Shown here piece after piece: positions 1-13,317 of a DNA stretch of 64,000 nucleotides. How positions within the stretch are numbered: position 1 is the first letter of the stretch; each line of letters begins with the position of its first letter. Under the pieces are notes generated by a model. It had not been told where the DNA came from. It was given only the letters and a program-made list of their open reading frames with translations, and ran no database searches. A program made the translations under genes and the position numbers. Source of the stretch: Octopus sinensis (Eukaryota); NCBI RefSeq assembly GCF_006345805.1, contig NC_043017.1, forward strand, positions 14,012,001-14,076,000, read 5' to 3'.

Positions 1-360
1 GTCAGGTTTCTGAGCAGGCCAATCTTTGAATACGGTAACACCTTCATCAGCCAGACTTTGTTGTGCTGCACACAATCTATGGCATGGAGCTCCTTCGTGT
101 TGAAAAGTTTAGTTTCAAATTGCCCTTCAGCAACAAGATGTATTTTGCATTATTCAAGTTACTGTCAATTTTAACCAACTTTCTTGAACCATCACTTTTT
201 ATGTATCCGCAAATCATCAGACTCTTAACCCCAAACTTCACTGTCTTTGTCATGTAGCATGGGTTGTTTTGCTTTCTAATAAGCGAGAATATGTCAGAAG
301 GCCTCCAAGAAGAGTCAAATGCTGGCGCTCAACCACGTGAAGTAGACAAGACTTAAGTAC
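1..360 (-). mobile_element. Tc1-family transposase remnant (frameshifted)
   Basis: Minus-strand frames give MICGYIKSDGSRKLVKID, FQHEGAPCH and DWPAQKPD, resembling the Tc1 QxDNAPxH and WPxxSPD motifs. Confidence 0.75.
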
Positions 361-364
361 AATA

Positions 365-536
365 TGGGTGTGTATGTGTACATGGATATTTACGAGTGTA
401 CATGTGTGTGCTCGTATAGCGTTACACACACACATACACATGTATGTATGTGTGTGTGTATGTATATATATATATATATATATACACATACACATGTATG
501 TATGTGTGTGTGTATGTATATATATATATATTATAT

Positions 537-618
<82 letters not shown>

Positions 619-622
619 CACA
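365..622. repeat. Compound (TG)n/(TA)n/(CA)n microsatellite
   Basis: Seen directly; explains the YI/HT-repeat ORFs in the track. Confidence 0.97.
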
Positions 623-624
623 CC

Positions 625-2335
625 CAGAGCCACGCTAAAATTTTAGGAATGAAATTTAGGATTTCTTGGTTTTCTGTGAATCGATTTTGATAAAACTTTT
701 CCCAGCTGGTTTGCACACTATGGCAACACCATTTTTATGTTTCCATTATTCTGTGATATGTCCTTTCTTTTTTATTCCAGATTCGTCACTTTTTGGGTAA
801 ACCATGCTAATAGCTTTTGAATGAAAATAGCCCATCTAGACATTTTTTTTCTTCAGAAAATGAAGGGTAATGAGTATATATTTAACAGAAAACCATAATA
901 TTATAACATTTATTGACATAATGAATTATTTAGCCACATGAGTGCCAAGAAAGAAACGATCTGATTGTGGGACCTTGAAGACTGTGATTTTAGAAATATT
1001 GGCCACAAGTTACGAGGGAAACCTGAACAAACAAGTAAAGCCGTTTTTACTGCCTCCAGACTTCCTCTTGTACCGCAGACCATGAGAAATCGCATCCTCA
1101 GGACCATGGCTTCCGTGCAAGAACCTCCTCACAGGAGTTTGAGGCCTCATTGAGCCCAAAAGTACATGACGTTAGACGTGAGTTGTGTTCTGTTCACTGA
1201 TGAAACAATGGCAACCCTTGACGAACCTGACGGTTGGGCAAATGGTTAGGTCTGTTTTGGAGATGAGCATCACCAACATTTACGACGTCAACAACAGGAT
1301 AGAGGAGTCATGTTGTGGGCTGGGATCATTGGGGACAGACTTGTTGGCTTAGTCAAGGTGCCTAAAGAGGTTAAAGTGACTGCAGCCACCTGCTGAAGTA
1401 GGTCTTGAATCTTGGCTCGATGACACACTGCCCACCACTTCTAAGGAATCCCGTGTTCATGCATGACAATACTCCTTCCCATTCTGCCAGGACCATCCAA
1501 ACATTCCCAGAGTTTTACAGCATTCAGGGTGAAAGGTTGATGGTGTGGCTGCTAGCATCCCTGGATCTCAGCCCTATCAAAAATCTTTGGTCCATCATTA
1601 AACAAGATGTTTATGCCGATGGACGCCAATTTAAGTCAAAAGATGTCTTATGGGTGACCATCAAAGCTGCATCAGAGGCAGTTCAACCTGCTACTGTTAA
1701 GGAATTGACAGATTCCATGACTAATAGGGTTTTTGAAGTTATCCATCAAAGCGGCACTCATGTGGCTAAATAATTCATTATGTCAATAAATGTTATAATT
1801 TTACTGTTTTTTTTGTTAAACATAGACTCAATGTATGCTTAATAAGTATCATTTTCTGAAAAATAAAATGTCTATATAGGTGCAGGAGTGGCTGTATGTT
1901 AAGTAGCTTACTTACCAACCACCTTGGGCAAGTGTCTTTTACAATAACCTCAGGCCAACCAAAGCCTTGTGAGTGAATTTGGTAGATGGAAACTGAAAGA
2001 AGCCTGTCATATATATGTGTGTGTGTGTGTCTGTGTTTGTCCCCTGCCATCGCTTGACAACCAATGTTGATGTGTTTATGTCCCTGTAACCTAGGGGTTT
2101 GGCAAAAGAGACTGATAGAATAAGTATCAGGCTTACAAAGAATAAGTCCTGAGGTTGATTCGTTCGACTAAAAGTGGTGATCCAGCATGGCCGCAGTCAA
2201 ATGACTGAAACATAAAAGTATACAAGGATATAGGCTATTTTCATTCAAAAGCTATTAACATGGTTCACCCACAAAATGAAGAATCTGAAAGAAATAAAAT
2301 AAAATATAAAATAAATGGACATTACACAGAATAAT
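625..2335 (+). mobile_element. Degenerate Tc1-like element with long inverted ends
   Basis: Transposase fragments at about 947-1773 (VLFTDE, VMLWAGI, FMHDNTPSH, WLLASLDLSPIKNLWS). Segment 733-946 is an inverted copy of 1753-1878 plus 2228-2335. Confidence 0.8.
1876..2225 (+). mobile_element. SINE inserted in the Tc1 right end
   Basis: Shares the gatagaataagta-caggctta...ccagcatggccgcagtcaaatgactgaaaca tail with other copies (about 6335-6520 on +, 32760-32950 on -). It interrupts the Tc1 inverted repeat at a TA-rich site. Confidence 0.75.
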
Positions 2336-2559
2336 CCTTCTACTGGAAGCCCAAGGACTCAAATTTGTGGGGAGTGGGGACTAGCCGATTACATCGACCC
2401 CAATGTTACACTGGTACTTAATTTATGGACACCGAAAGAATGTCTAGTTGTAGTCTTTGTTGGTACCACACCAGGTATCAGCATAAAGCCCATAAATGCA
2501 TTCAGCCTTGTTCTTTCCAGTTGGCAGGAAACCCCGACCTGCGAAGGGTTTGAGCTCGT

Positions 2560-5500
2560 CAAGCACTTCCGGCCAATTATCCTCAAATCGTGCATTTTTT
2601 GGGAAGGACTGCATGTCTAACGAGGTGTTTATGCTTGACACAGGTTTTAGTTGCTCTATTTAGCCTTTGCGTCTTGCTACAGGCAAGCCAAAGCGTTCAG
2701 AGATCCCCTTGCATGTGGTCAATTGGTCTCCCATTGTGACTTATGGTCAAGTTTCCTTACACATTGACATTAATCTTTGCTGGGATTTTAGGTGGATTTT
2801 TGTCCTAGTTGATCTCCTACATCCTATTTTGGGTGCGGATTTTTTGAACAATTTTAACCTGTTGATAGATGTCAGGCAACAAAGACTTGTTGACGGTTCT
2901 ATGTCTTTGTCTACACCTGCAAAGGCCACTACCAACGCTGCTCTCAGTCCTTCATTTTTTGTTGACACTGCTGGTGATGCATTACATTCAGTCCTAGCTT
3001 CTTTCCCAGAGCTGGTAGATTAGCTATTCCAAACAGCAAAACCTAATAACTTGACCCTCCACTATATTACCACCACTGGGCCTGGTCTTTTCATGCTCGC
3101 GGCGACTTGCTCCTGACCGTCTTAAGAAGGCTAGGTCCGAGTTTGAGCATATGCTCCAGCTTGGCCTTATTCGCCCCTCCACCAGCCCTTGGGCATCTCC
3201 CCTTCATTTGCCACAAAAAGAGGATTCTGATTTTCGCCTGGTGGGGGATCATAGATGTTTGAATGTGGTCACTGTTCCTGATCACTATCCCTTAAGATAT
3301 CTCTAGGACTTCTCTAATTTGCATGGTTGTACTATTTTTTCTAAGGTCGACCTTGTTTGTGCCTACCATCAAATACCAGTCAATCCTAAGGACATTCCAA
3401 AAACTGCCATCACTACTCCCTTTGGCAGCTTCAAGTTCCTTTTTATGAGCTTCGGTCTCTGGAAAGGCCATGAGCACGTTCCAAAGATTTATTGATGAAG
3501 TTGATTTTGTGTTCACTTATGTTGATGATGTGCTCATTGCAAGTGACATGCGTGAGAATCACCTCCAACACTTAAATCAACTCTTTCATCATCTTCGTGC
3601 CTACAATGTCCGAATCAACCCCAATAAGTGTGTTTTCTGACAGTCCTCTCTGGAATTTCTGGGGCATTATATCGACTCAAATAGTATCAGACCTCTTCCA
3701 AAGTCGATGCAATTCAGCGCATTGCAACCCTCCACTTCACTATGCCAACTCCACCACTTTTTGGGGGAGTCGTCAACTTCTACAGATGATTCATTCGTGA
3801 TTGCACAGACAAGCTACTTCCCTTGACTCAGCTATTGAAAGCAAACACAAAAAAGAATTCTCCTATTACTTTATCTGCCGAGGTGTTATCTGCTTTTGAG
3901 TCAATCAAGAAAGAAATAGCTTCGGTTCCATTGCTTGCACATTCGGTTCCCAATGCTCCTCTCTCTTAACTGTTGATGCATCCGATTCTGTGGTTGATGC
4001 TGTTTTGCAGCACACCGTAGACAATCAAACTAAACCTTTGGTGTTTTTTTCTCGTTAATTTAATTCAGCTGAATGTTGGTACAGTACATTTGATCACGAG
4101 CTCTTGGCGCTCTACCTGTCAGTTCGTCATTTTCAACATAACTCGAGGGCTGACATTTTGTGATTTATACTGATTACATTTGCCTCTTACATTTGCTCTG
4201 TCATCTAAATCGGACAGACACTCGCCTTGTGCTTTTCATCACCTGGACTACATTTCCCCAGTTCACAAGTGACATTTGGCACATACCTGGATCAGGGAAC
4301 ATGCCTGCTGATGCACTCTCTTGTCTTCCTGTATGCTCCCTTTCATCTCCTGCTGCAATCGATTTACCTGCCATTGCGCAGGATCAGCCAACTCTGGACA
4401 CTTTGGATTTAGCTTCTACCAAGCTGTCCTGTTGCAAGTTTGCCCGTCTCCCACTTCCAACTGCTGAAGGCCCTATTCTTTGTGACACAGCTACTGGTAC
4501 TCCCAGACCGTTTGTACCTGAGAACCACCAGCGCTCCGTGTTTGATGCTTTGCATTCACTGTCACATCCTGACATCGCTGCCTTGGTGAAGCGTCTAAAA
4601 TCCATGCTCCTCTTGGACAGTTTTCTCCTCCGGAGGCTCGCTTTCGCCATGTCCACATTGATCTGGTTGGACCATGGCCTGTCAGTCATGGTGTCTCTTA
4701 CATATTGACATGCTTCGATTGTTTCTCTCATTGGCTAGAGGCCATTCCAATAGTGGACATTTCTGCTGAGTCAGTTGCTTGAGCTTTCGTTTCTAACTGG
4801 ATTGCTCACTTTGGTGTCCCAGCTAAAATAACAAGTGATCACGGACACCAGTTTGAGGTGTCCCTATTTCGTGAATTATCATGAATCCTAGGCATTCATC
4901 ACATTCATACGACCAGCTACCACCCAGCCTCCAATGGAATGGTCGAACGTTTTCACAGGCAACTGGAGGCTGCTCTATGCGCCACTCCTGCCTATCGTTC
5001 TTGGTTGTCGCACTGCTGTTAAAGCAGACTTAGATTTCTCCTCTGCTGAACTCCTATATGGTACCACTCTGGCACTCCCTGGTACAATGTTAGCACTCAT
5101 CGCCTCCTGATCCAACGTTGTATGTCACCAGACTTCACTCATATTTCTCAAGTCTTCAACCCTTGCATCCGCGTGACCAGTCTGTTCCCTCTCACATCCC
5201 CCTGGATATTGACAAATGGACTCATGTTTTTGTTCGGGACGGTTCTGTCAGAGGATCTCTCTTTTCTCCTTATAAGGAACCATTTCGTGTGCTATCGCAC
5301 ACACCCAAAACTTTTAGTCTCAACATCAATGGTCGGGCAGAGACCATGTCAATCGACAGACTTGAAAGGGCACATTTTGAGGTGACCACACCCTTCCATG
5401 ACACCCCAAACACGCCCACCTTTCATCCTTTACAACCACCTACACATTCACCTGCACATGCACCTTTGACCACATCATCCCCTACACCTCCACCTTCGTC

Positions 5501-5839
5501 GCCACTACTTAACATAAACAAACCCTATGTCACCAGGACAGGCTGCACTGTGCATTGGCCCCAAAATCTCACTAAAACTATTTATATCTGACAATCTCTT
5601 TTCTGTTTCCTGTGACAGACAATTGCTTTCTTGTGTTACTGAACAGTCCCACTACTCTGCCGTTGAACATTTTGTCAAATTTTGTGCATTCCAATTTATA
5701 TTTCTTGCAATTATTTTTCTATTTGACTTGTCCCATTTTTGTACCATATCTTGTTGGTTGCGATCAGTTACCATCTTTGCTCTTTCTTGTGCCTGCTCCA
5801 ATTATTCTGTTTCCGCACTGCTGTACTCGGGCAAGCCCT
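2560..5839 (+). mobile_element. Gypsy/Ty3 LTR retrotransposon pol remnant (protease-RT-RNaseH-integrase), many stops and frameshifts
   Basis: Motifs [73 protein letters not shown] in Gypsy domain order. Confidence 0.92.
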
Positions 5840-6255
5840 TGTAGTGGCACAAGCAGTCAGTGCCATATTGGATGAGATCTCGTGGCAGCCAATGCCATCT
5901 CCGAGACTGGAGCAAGACCTCACCTGCATCCATTTGCCATGCGCAAGATCACAACGAGGTTCACGATGGCAAACTGTATAGAAGGGCCCAACAAAAACAG
6001 ATTCATTCTCTTTTCACCACAAGTGCTTGTTGAACACACTTCACTGGCTGGGTTTCCAAGCTAGTCCTGTCTGCATGTTGTATCTCCAGAGGCAATGGGC
6101 TTGAGTTAATGGAGACACAATGAAACGCACACAGCTACAGATGGTTGCTGAGAGCAGCATACTTCACCTATTCTGTGAAACTTGTAAATAAACCAGTTGT
6201 AAATTGCATTTGTACTTAATGACTTCTTTCCTCACCTGCTGGAGCCTGAACTACA
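5840..6255 (+). mobile_element. 3' LTR of the Gypsy element
   Basis: Bounded by TGTAGT...ACTACA inverted termini, directly downstream of the internal region, with an internal AATAAA near 6187. Confidence 0.7.
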
Positions 6256-6698
6256 CGGAAAACAATATTTAATGGGAGAAGGCGATATTCATGTGATATC
6301 GTAAACCTTACCTCCCATTATAGTTCACCACCACCGCTTAACAACTCGTGATGGTTTGTTTACGTCCCCATAATGTAGCGTTTAATGTAGAGACAGATAC
6401 AGTAAGTACCAGGCTTAAAAGTAAGAACTGGGGGTTGATTTGTTCGACTAAAGGGTTTTCAAGGTGGTGCCCCAACATGGCCACAATTTGATGACTGAAA
6501 CATGTAAAAAGTAAAAGAAACATACACACACACACACATACGCACATGTAAGTGCTCAAGGCAAATCTCTGGTGGAAGACATGTCTAAAATGCCGTGCAG
6601 TACAATAAAATATAAAAACAAGGTTGTGAGGTGAACTTGCGAACAGCACAATCTTAACTGCAAACATAGCACATCTTTTATTTACTTTTCCATTGCAG

Positions 6699-6753
6699 AT
6701 GAAGGCTGTTCTGGTGATTATGCTTATATTGCTTATCGTTCCGACTGATGCAG
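6699..6753 (+). CDS. Coding exon 1 (signal peptide) of a predicted secreted cysteine-rich peptide
   Basis: Pyrimidine tract plus cag directly before the ATG. Encodes MKAVLVIMLILLIVPTDA+G (basic n-region, hydrophobic core, T-x-A cleavage motif). Donor CAG|gtttgt, phase 1. Confidence 0.72.
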
Positions 6754-7869
6754 GTTTGTATTCATTTCTCATCTATCGTATAAATATTACTGTGGAACAT
6801 TCAGGACAAGATTATGAAAGAAGACGTGTTGCCACTATAGGATTTACTTCTTGAGTGTCATACGAGAACATGGCCAAAGTCTTCATCATGAGTGTGCTTA
6901 CGGACCACTGTCTTTGTTCATTGCCCAGTCGTTTATTGCACATAAATATCCTCTATTTCCGCTGCTGATACTGCTGTCATCTCTTGAGAGGGACACATCA
7001 ACAGCTGCAGTAATCACCGAAAGTATTGTCTCTGCTACCAATAACGCATCTGGTTCCTTGCATTTTAACTAGAGTAAAGCTGGATACAAGCCACTTCTAT
7101 GCAATACCACCACCTAAAAATATAGCAGCCAAATCTCCCTCAAATTATTCTCGACACTAGTCAAAAAGATGGTCAATTCTTGAATGCCTTTGGTCATATA
7201 TCTGTTATCAGGTTTAACAACAACAATTCCTTTCTTTGGCATCAATTTAATATCAGTCCAAGTTGGTTAAGAAGTTCGCTACTTAATCATTTTGATGCCT
7301 GGTTCAATCACACTCTCTGCCATACTGAGTAAATCTTTTTAACCATCCAAGTTTTCTGATAGAAATGAGATAGACTAAAACTATCCACCAATCTGTTATA
7401 TCATTGACGCTGATCTCTCTCATCTGAGTAGATCATTAATTAAAAGAGAAATGGTTAAATGATTCTCCGTTTATACAAAATACATTCTAAAGTACCAAAC
7501 TGAAATAGGAAAGAGAAACAGAACCGCTGAATAAGAATGAACCACAAACCTAGATATCCACTGGTAAGAATATTTTTCCCCCACATATGTTGTAACCATG
7601 ACTACGATATCCAATATAGTTTTCTTTCCAAATGGAAACCAAGCAGTGTGCTTCTATGGTTTTGCTCAATTTTTAGAAATAACAGCCAAATTTCTCATTA
7701 ATATAAATGAAGAAAACATAACAATATGTATTCTGAGATATACAAAAAGATGGAATAGTCATGGCTGGAACGTCTTTGACCATATGCCTGCTTGATCAAT
7801 CTTTTATGAGCAACAAAGTTAACCTGTATCTTTCAATATATATCAACCTATGGCTTTGTGTCAAAATTT

Positions 7870-8150
7870 GAAGGCAAGGGCAGTGAACTGGCAGAATCTT
7901 TAACATGCCAAACGAAACACTTAACGGTATTTCGTCTGCCGCTACATTCTGAGTTCAAATTTTGCTGAGACCAGTTTTGTCTTTCATCCTTTTGGGGTCA
8001 ATAATCGCTATCTAGGTTGTCCCTCAGGATGCTTCAATGGCATAGGGGTGGGGGGATAAAATAAGTACTACTTGAACACTGGGGTAGAAGAAATCGACTT
8101 AACCCCTCCCCTGAACTTGCTGGCCTTGTGCCAAAATTTGAAACCAATAT
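7870..8150 (+). mobile_element. SINE copy (second family); related copies near 8470-8620, 41240-41420(-), 43975-44120, 48345-48560, 48655-48880, 55700-55830(-)
   Basis: Shared ctggcagaat...ttctgagttcaaatt...ctttcatccttttggggtc-ataaaataagtacc motif with a B-box-like gagttcaaat. Confidence 0.7.
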
Positions 8151-8829
8151 GTATCAACCCACAAATGATAGAACAGTGTTATGATTCCTGTTATTTAGTT
8201 ACCCTTGTTTTGTCTCAGATTGTTGTTTATAATGTCTGGAATTATTTATTTCAACCATTCTTTTGTAATAAAATTATTCAAACAAATGAAACAATATTTT
8301 AATATTTACATCAGTTTGATCTCTGATCATCATCGGATGTCATTTGCATTAATATATGAAGACTGGTGAACTTCTATTTCTAAACTTAAGTGTACTTACG
8401 TTCTTATACATTATTTTTCATTAAAATCATTCCCAACGAAATAAATGTTACCATTTACATAAATAGAAAGAGCAATGAATCGGCAAGGTTGTTGGAGCAT
8501 TGAATAAAATGTCTTGTAATACTCATTCCGGATTCCTGCATACTCAGTTCAAATCGTGTTGAGTTCAACTTTGCTATCGTCCTTTTGGGATCGACAAATA
8601 AAGTATCAGCTGAGGGCAGTGGGGTTTAAGTGTTGTTGCAGAGTCAGGCTATGGGTCATGCTCCTCTGTTTTCGCTGTTTCTGTTCTGAGTTCAAAATCC
8701 GTCGAGATGCTGGTGAGAATGACATCATCAATTTTCAATTTTGCAACTAGTACAAAAAAAAACAAAACAAAACAAGAAAGGAAAAAAGTAAAAACAAGAT
8801 AAATAATATTTAGTTGAACAGTTTTGTGT

Positions 8830-9690
8830 AAATGTGATGAAATTCACCTATTCATTCCTCATGGGCATGATGTTAGTCATTCACAAATATATTTGTCCTC
8901 ATGCATTTTGAGGACTGAAAATGATTTGGAATATTTTTCAGAGACTGCACTCTTAGGTGTTCCTCAAAATTGTAGCCGTTTGATGTAAAATGTTCGGCAT
9001 GTTCTGTTGAACATGCTATTATGCATGACGTCATGCCTGTGCCTATTGAGTCTTTTGTTTAATTGTTCTGTTGTACAACCAATCAAGTTGTTTGGTGCAT
9101 TCTGCTGAGTACACCAAATAAGAAACTTTGCACTTCCAACCTTCCATTAAATCATAACATATTTGTTAAGATTCGTGATGGAATTGACTTGACTCATGCT
9201 GTTGCACAATGAACAGGGATTATCTCTCTTGCAACTGTTTTTCACTGTGCAGCGTTCAGAAACTCCCACGGTAGTTTTCTTGGGGTTAGACGTGGTGGTT
9301 AATATTTCTCATGTTTTATTGTGTCTAAATGCTAAAAATAGGCAGCTGAAGGAATATTTGTTTGAAACGTGGATACGTTTCTGCAATATGCTTGGTAGCT
9401 TTCATGCAACACTTCATTCCACCAAAATTTCGGTGCCAGTTAATCAGTAAAATAACTCTATCCCCTTTGAATATTCCACGTCTGATTATCCGTTTTCTCA
9501 GTTTTTCTTTTCTCTGATCAATTCAGTATTCCAGTGTTTCAGACATTCATTAAGCACTTCCTCCATGTTTTTGCTCTTTCAAACATGCTCATTATTGTAC
9601 TTACACAACTGTGTAGTACTATGTCAAACACTTTTTTGTAATCTAGACTTGCTACATTCAGCCCCGTTGATCTGCGTCTACAATTTCTAA
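8830..9690 (-). mobile_element. Penelope-like element remnant (GIY-YIG endonuclease region)
   Basis: Minus strand encodes CKRDNPCSLC, LIGCTTEQLNKRLNRHRHDV and HEDKYICE...CPxGMN, typical of the PLE Cys linker and GIY-YIG domain. Confidence 0.75.
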
Positions 9691-9699
9691 TTATCATTT

Positions 9700-10085
9700 T
9701 ATCAACTAATAAGTGGTCTTTTGTTGCTCTACTTTGTTTCTTGCATCCGAAAGTAGATTGTTACTTTCCAGATGGTTGCATAAGTTCTCTGCCAAGACAC
9801 TGGTCATAAGTTTCCACATTAGAGGGAAACAGGTAATTTGAAACCAAATTCCCTTCCAAGTGATCTTTGATGCATAGCAGCGTTCATCCACTTGTCATCC
9901 AGGCAAGGATGTTGCAGGCAGATAATCCATTTGTGCTGTGATCCTTTCAGGCAACTGTGTAAAGTTCTTCAGCCAGTAGCCTTGCCCTACATCCAGGCTA
10001 GGTCTGTTCCAATTTCTTGTTTTTTTAAACTTTTGTCTCACAATATATAGATTAATTCTGACGTCGCTTTGTCTTGGTACAGTTG
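9700..10085 (-). mobile_element. R4/Dong-like LINE RT fragment, highly decayed
   Basis: RNWNRPSLD..QGYWLKNF and ITCFPLMWKLMTSVL match the start of the RT in neighbouring copies. Confidence 0.65.
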
Positions 10086-10089
10086 CAAG

Positions 10090-12270
10090 TTGTATTATTA
10101 TTATGTTTTTTCCTTCTTTCTTCAAATTTTCTTCCGTTTCTCGCCGAGTGTTTTCCATACACCTAGGGCAGAGAAGCTTGTTGTATGCATTCCCAGATTA
10201 CATGCGCAAATTCACAGACAAAATATGTATTTAAAAATTAATAAATAAATAAATTCATGGATGGATGTTATTTTCACAGCGATAGTGCTCTTCTCAGTAC
10301 ATGGGCTGTTCCAGTTAATACGATTTTTTGCATTTCCTGTAAGGATGGTAAGCCTGGAATCATTTTCAAATAGGTTTCAGTACCTTTTTTATCATTCCTA
10401 GAGATCCTACAATCACTGGTACTGTAAATGCCACATTTTTTCAATTTCTATTAGCAAGTCTTTATATTTACTAATCTTGTCAAATTCTTTCACCGCTATA
10501 TTGTGATCGCAAGGAATACTCATGTCAATTAATAAACACATCTTTTTTATAATAATATCCGGTTTATTAGCTTTTATAGTCTTGTCGGTCTGTACGGGGA
10601 AGTCCCATAGAATCGACACATTTTCTCCCTCAGTCACAGCTTCAGGATGGTGTTTATACCATTTGTCAACGGTTTTGATTTTATAATGCCGACATATTGT
10701 CCAATGTAAATACTGGCCGACTCTGTCATATCTTGCTTCATATTCTACAGGTGCTAAGACTCTGAGATTAGGTGGTCTATTGTTTCAATCTCATTGTTAC
10801 AGAATCGGCATTTTGGGTCAGCTCCATTTTTTATCACATTGGCTTGGTAGTTCCAGGTTAATAAGCTTTGGTCTTGAGCAGCTAATATGAAACCCTCACT
10901 CTCTGCTTTTAGCCCTGAGCTTCGTAACCATTGGTGCGTGTGTTTCTGGTCGACATCAGCTTGTTTGCTACGGGCCACATACTTGCCACGGAGAGGTTTC
11001 TGTTCCCATCTGCTAGCTAAATTTTCATGTACTTTTGTCTTTGCAATTAATTTTATTTTCTTTGCAGCTGCAGTTGGCGCATTTCCTTCAGCCTGATAAA
11101 TCTGGTGGGTATCTAAGAGATCAGCAGTGAATTTTTTGCTCTCTTTGAGAATAGTGTGAAGTTTTTTCAGTCTTTCATCTTTTTCAACAAGTTTTAGCAT
11201 CCAATCGTTGGTTGCTTCAAGGTATTTCGCCAGTCTGATTGTGATGGTTTTGTATGTTAAGTTCAAACTGGATCAAACCTCAACCTCCCTGAACTCTGGG
11301 AAGGTAAAGGCGATCCACGTCTGCCTTTAGAAGGTGCATCTTATTATAAGTCAGTAGCTTGCGGATTTTTCTGTCAATTTTCATTATTTCACTGGTATTC
11401 CAGTTAAGCACATTGAAGCTATAAAGAACAACTGGTACTGCTAAGGAATTTATGGCTAAAACCTTATTATATGCATTCAGCTCAGACTTCAGGACTGCTC
11501 GAACTCTTCTATAACATTCCTTCCTAACCTTCTCTTTCATGCTTGCATGCTGGATACCGGAGCCTTCATTTATTCCTAGGTATTTATAGGTTTCTTCCTG
11601 CTCAAGTTCCTTTATTACTGTTTCGACATCTAATTCGATTGAACTAGACTTTACCAATTTCCCTTTCTTAAAAGTGGCTTTGGCACACTTTTCAAGGCCA
11701 AACTCCATCCCAATATCATCCCTGAATGTAATAATCCTTCAAGCTCTTCATCATCTTTACCATATAGCTTTAAATCATCCATATAAAATAGATGGCTTAT
11801 TTTCCTGTTGTCAATTTTGTAGCCATATCCTGTTCTATTCAGTTCACTTGAGAGTGGTATTAGTGCTATGCAGAAAATTAGCGGTGAAAGTGAGTCACCT
11901 TGGAAAATTCCACAGTTTATGCTAATGTTGTTTGCGCGCAATACTCCATTAGAATGATGTAATTGGAGCTTCGTGTTCCATAGTGACATATTATACATTA
12001 AAAAATCTGAAATCACAGGTGAAATTTTGAAAATGTCCAGCGATTTCAGAATCCACGAATATGGTATGCTGTCAAAGGCTTTTTTATAATCAATCCATGA
12101 AGAGCTGAGATTTCTGCGCTTGTTATGGCAGTTCTCAAGGATCATGCGGTTAATTTGGAGCTGATCTTTGCATCCGTATGAGCCTCGTCTGCATCCTTTT
12201 TGTTCAGTGGGAAAGAGGTTATTCTCTTCCATAAACATATATATTTTCTCTACTAGAATAGATGTCAAAA
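10090..12270 (-). mobile_element. R4/Dong-clade non-LTR retrotransposon, 5'-truncated (RT, CCHC, restriction-like endonuclease, TAA tail)
   Basis: WIDYKKAFDS, GIFQGDSLSP, FYMDDLKLY, CRFC...ETIDHLIS, ANKPDIII; ends in (TAA)n near 10093-10103. Confidence 0.92.
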
Positions 12271-12294
12271 TTATTATTATTATTATTATTATCA

Positions 12295-13272
12295 TTGAGT
12301 GAGTAAGAGAGCAATGCATGCCATCAAAGTGACACTGGTGTAAAATATACGAAACCCAGTATACCCATCATGACTACCCGTCTGATAAGGGTACACCAGG
12401 CACATGCATCTCAACCATGTGTGTGCGACATGGTGATCTCATATCAAGATAAACAGGCGGGGCCCAGTTAGAATTTTCTTCAGGTTGAGTAGTAGCCCAT
12501 CCCAATCAAAAGGTTTAAGGATTTTGAACAAAATACCTATGTTTCTAAAGGTGACTTATCCAAACCCCAAACAATTCCTTTCAACACATGGCTCTGATGC
12601 TCCCCCACTACTTCTGTTCATGATCAGAGATGCACATGTCGTCAGCCACTAAGGGACATGCTCAACTGGTTATGGTCGAATAACTGACAAGCAAATTTGT
12701 GGTATTATTATTATTATTGAGTGAGAGAGCAGTGCATGCCATCAAAGTGACACTGGGGTAAAATATACGAAGCCCAATATACCCATCATGACTACCCGTC
12801 TGATAAAGGTACACCAGGCACATGCATCACAACCATATGTGCGCGACATGGTGATCTCATATCAAGATAAACAGCACATGACCTTGCAGATGGGGCCCAG
12901 TTAGAATTTTCTTCAGGTTGAGTAGCCCATCCCACTCAAAAGGTCCCTGAACAAGGGTTGTTTAAGGATGTTGAAAGAACCACCCATGTTTCCAGAGGTG
13001 AATTATTCAAACCCCAAAGAATCCCTCTCAACACATGGCTATGATGCTCCCCCACTACTTCTGCTCGTGATCAGAGATGCACATATCGTCAGCCACTAAG
13101 GGACATGCTCAACTGGTTAAGGTCAAACAACTGACAAGCAAATCTTTGGTATTGAGCAGAATATTTGCTGTAGCCCATCTTTTATACCAAGACAAAACAA
13201 TGTACATGATAACACTTCCAGTCAGTTAAGATCAGAAGCCATGAGAGCCACTGCCTGGTACTGCATCAGGGC
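12295..13272 (-). mobile_element. Two tandem copies (about 12295-12705 truncated; 12717-13272 full) of a ~560-bp non-coding retroposon bounded by (TAA)n
   Basis: Highly similar copies, each starting attgagtgag...gcatgccatcaaagtgacac on the + strand and flanked by (att)n. A third copy lies at 27731-28245. Confidence 0.88.

Positions 13273-13274
<2 letters not shown>

Positions 13275-13317
<43 letters not shown>

Noticed and set aside
250-690. Several 65-127 aa ORFs rich in YI/HT/CV
   Set aside because: They are translations of dinucleotide microsatellites.
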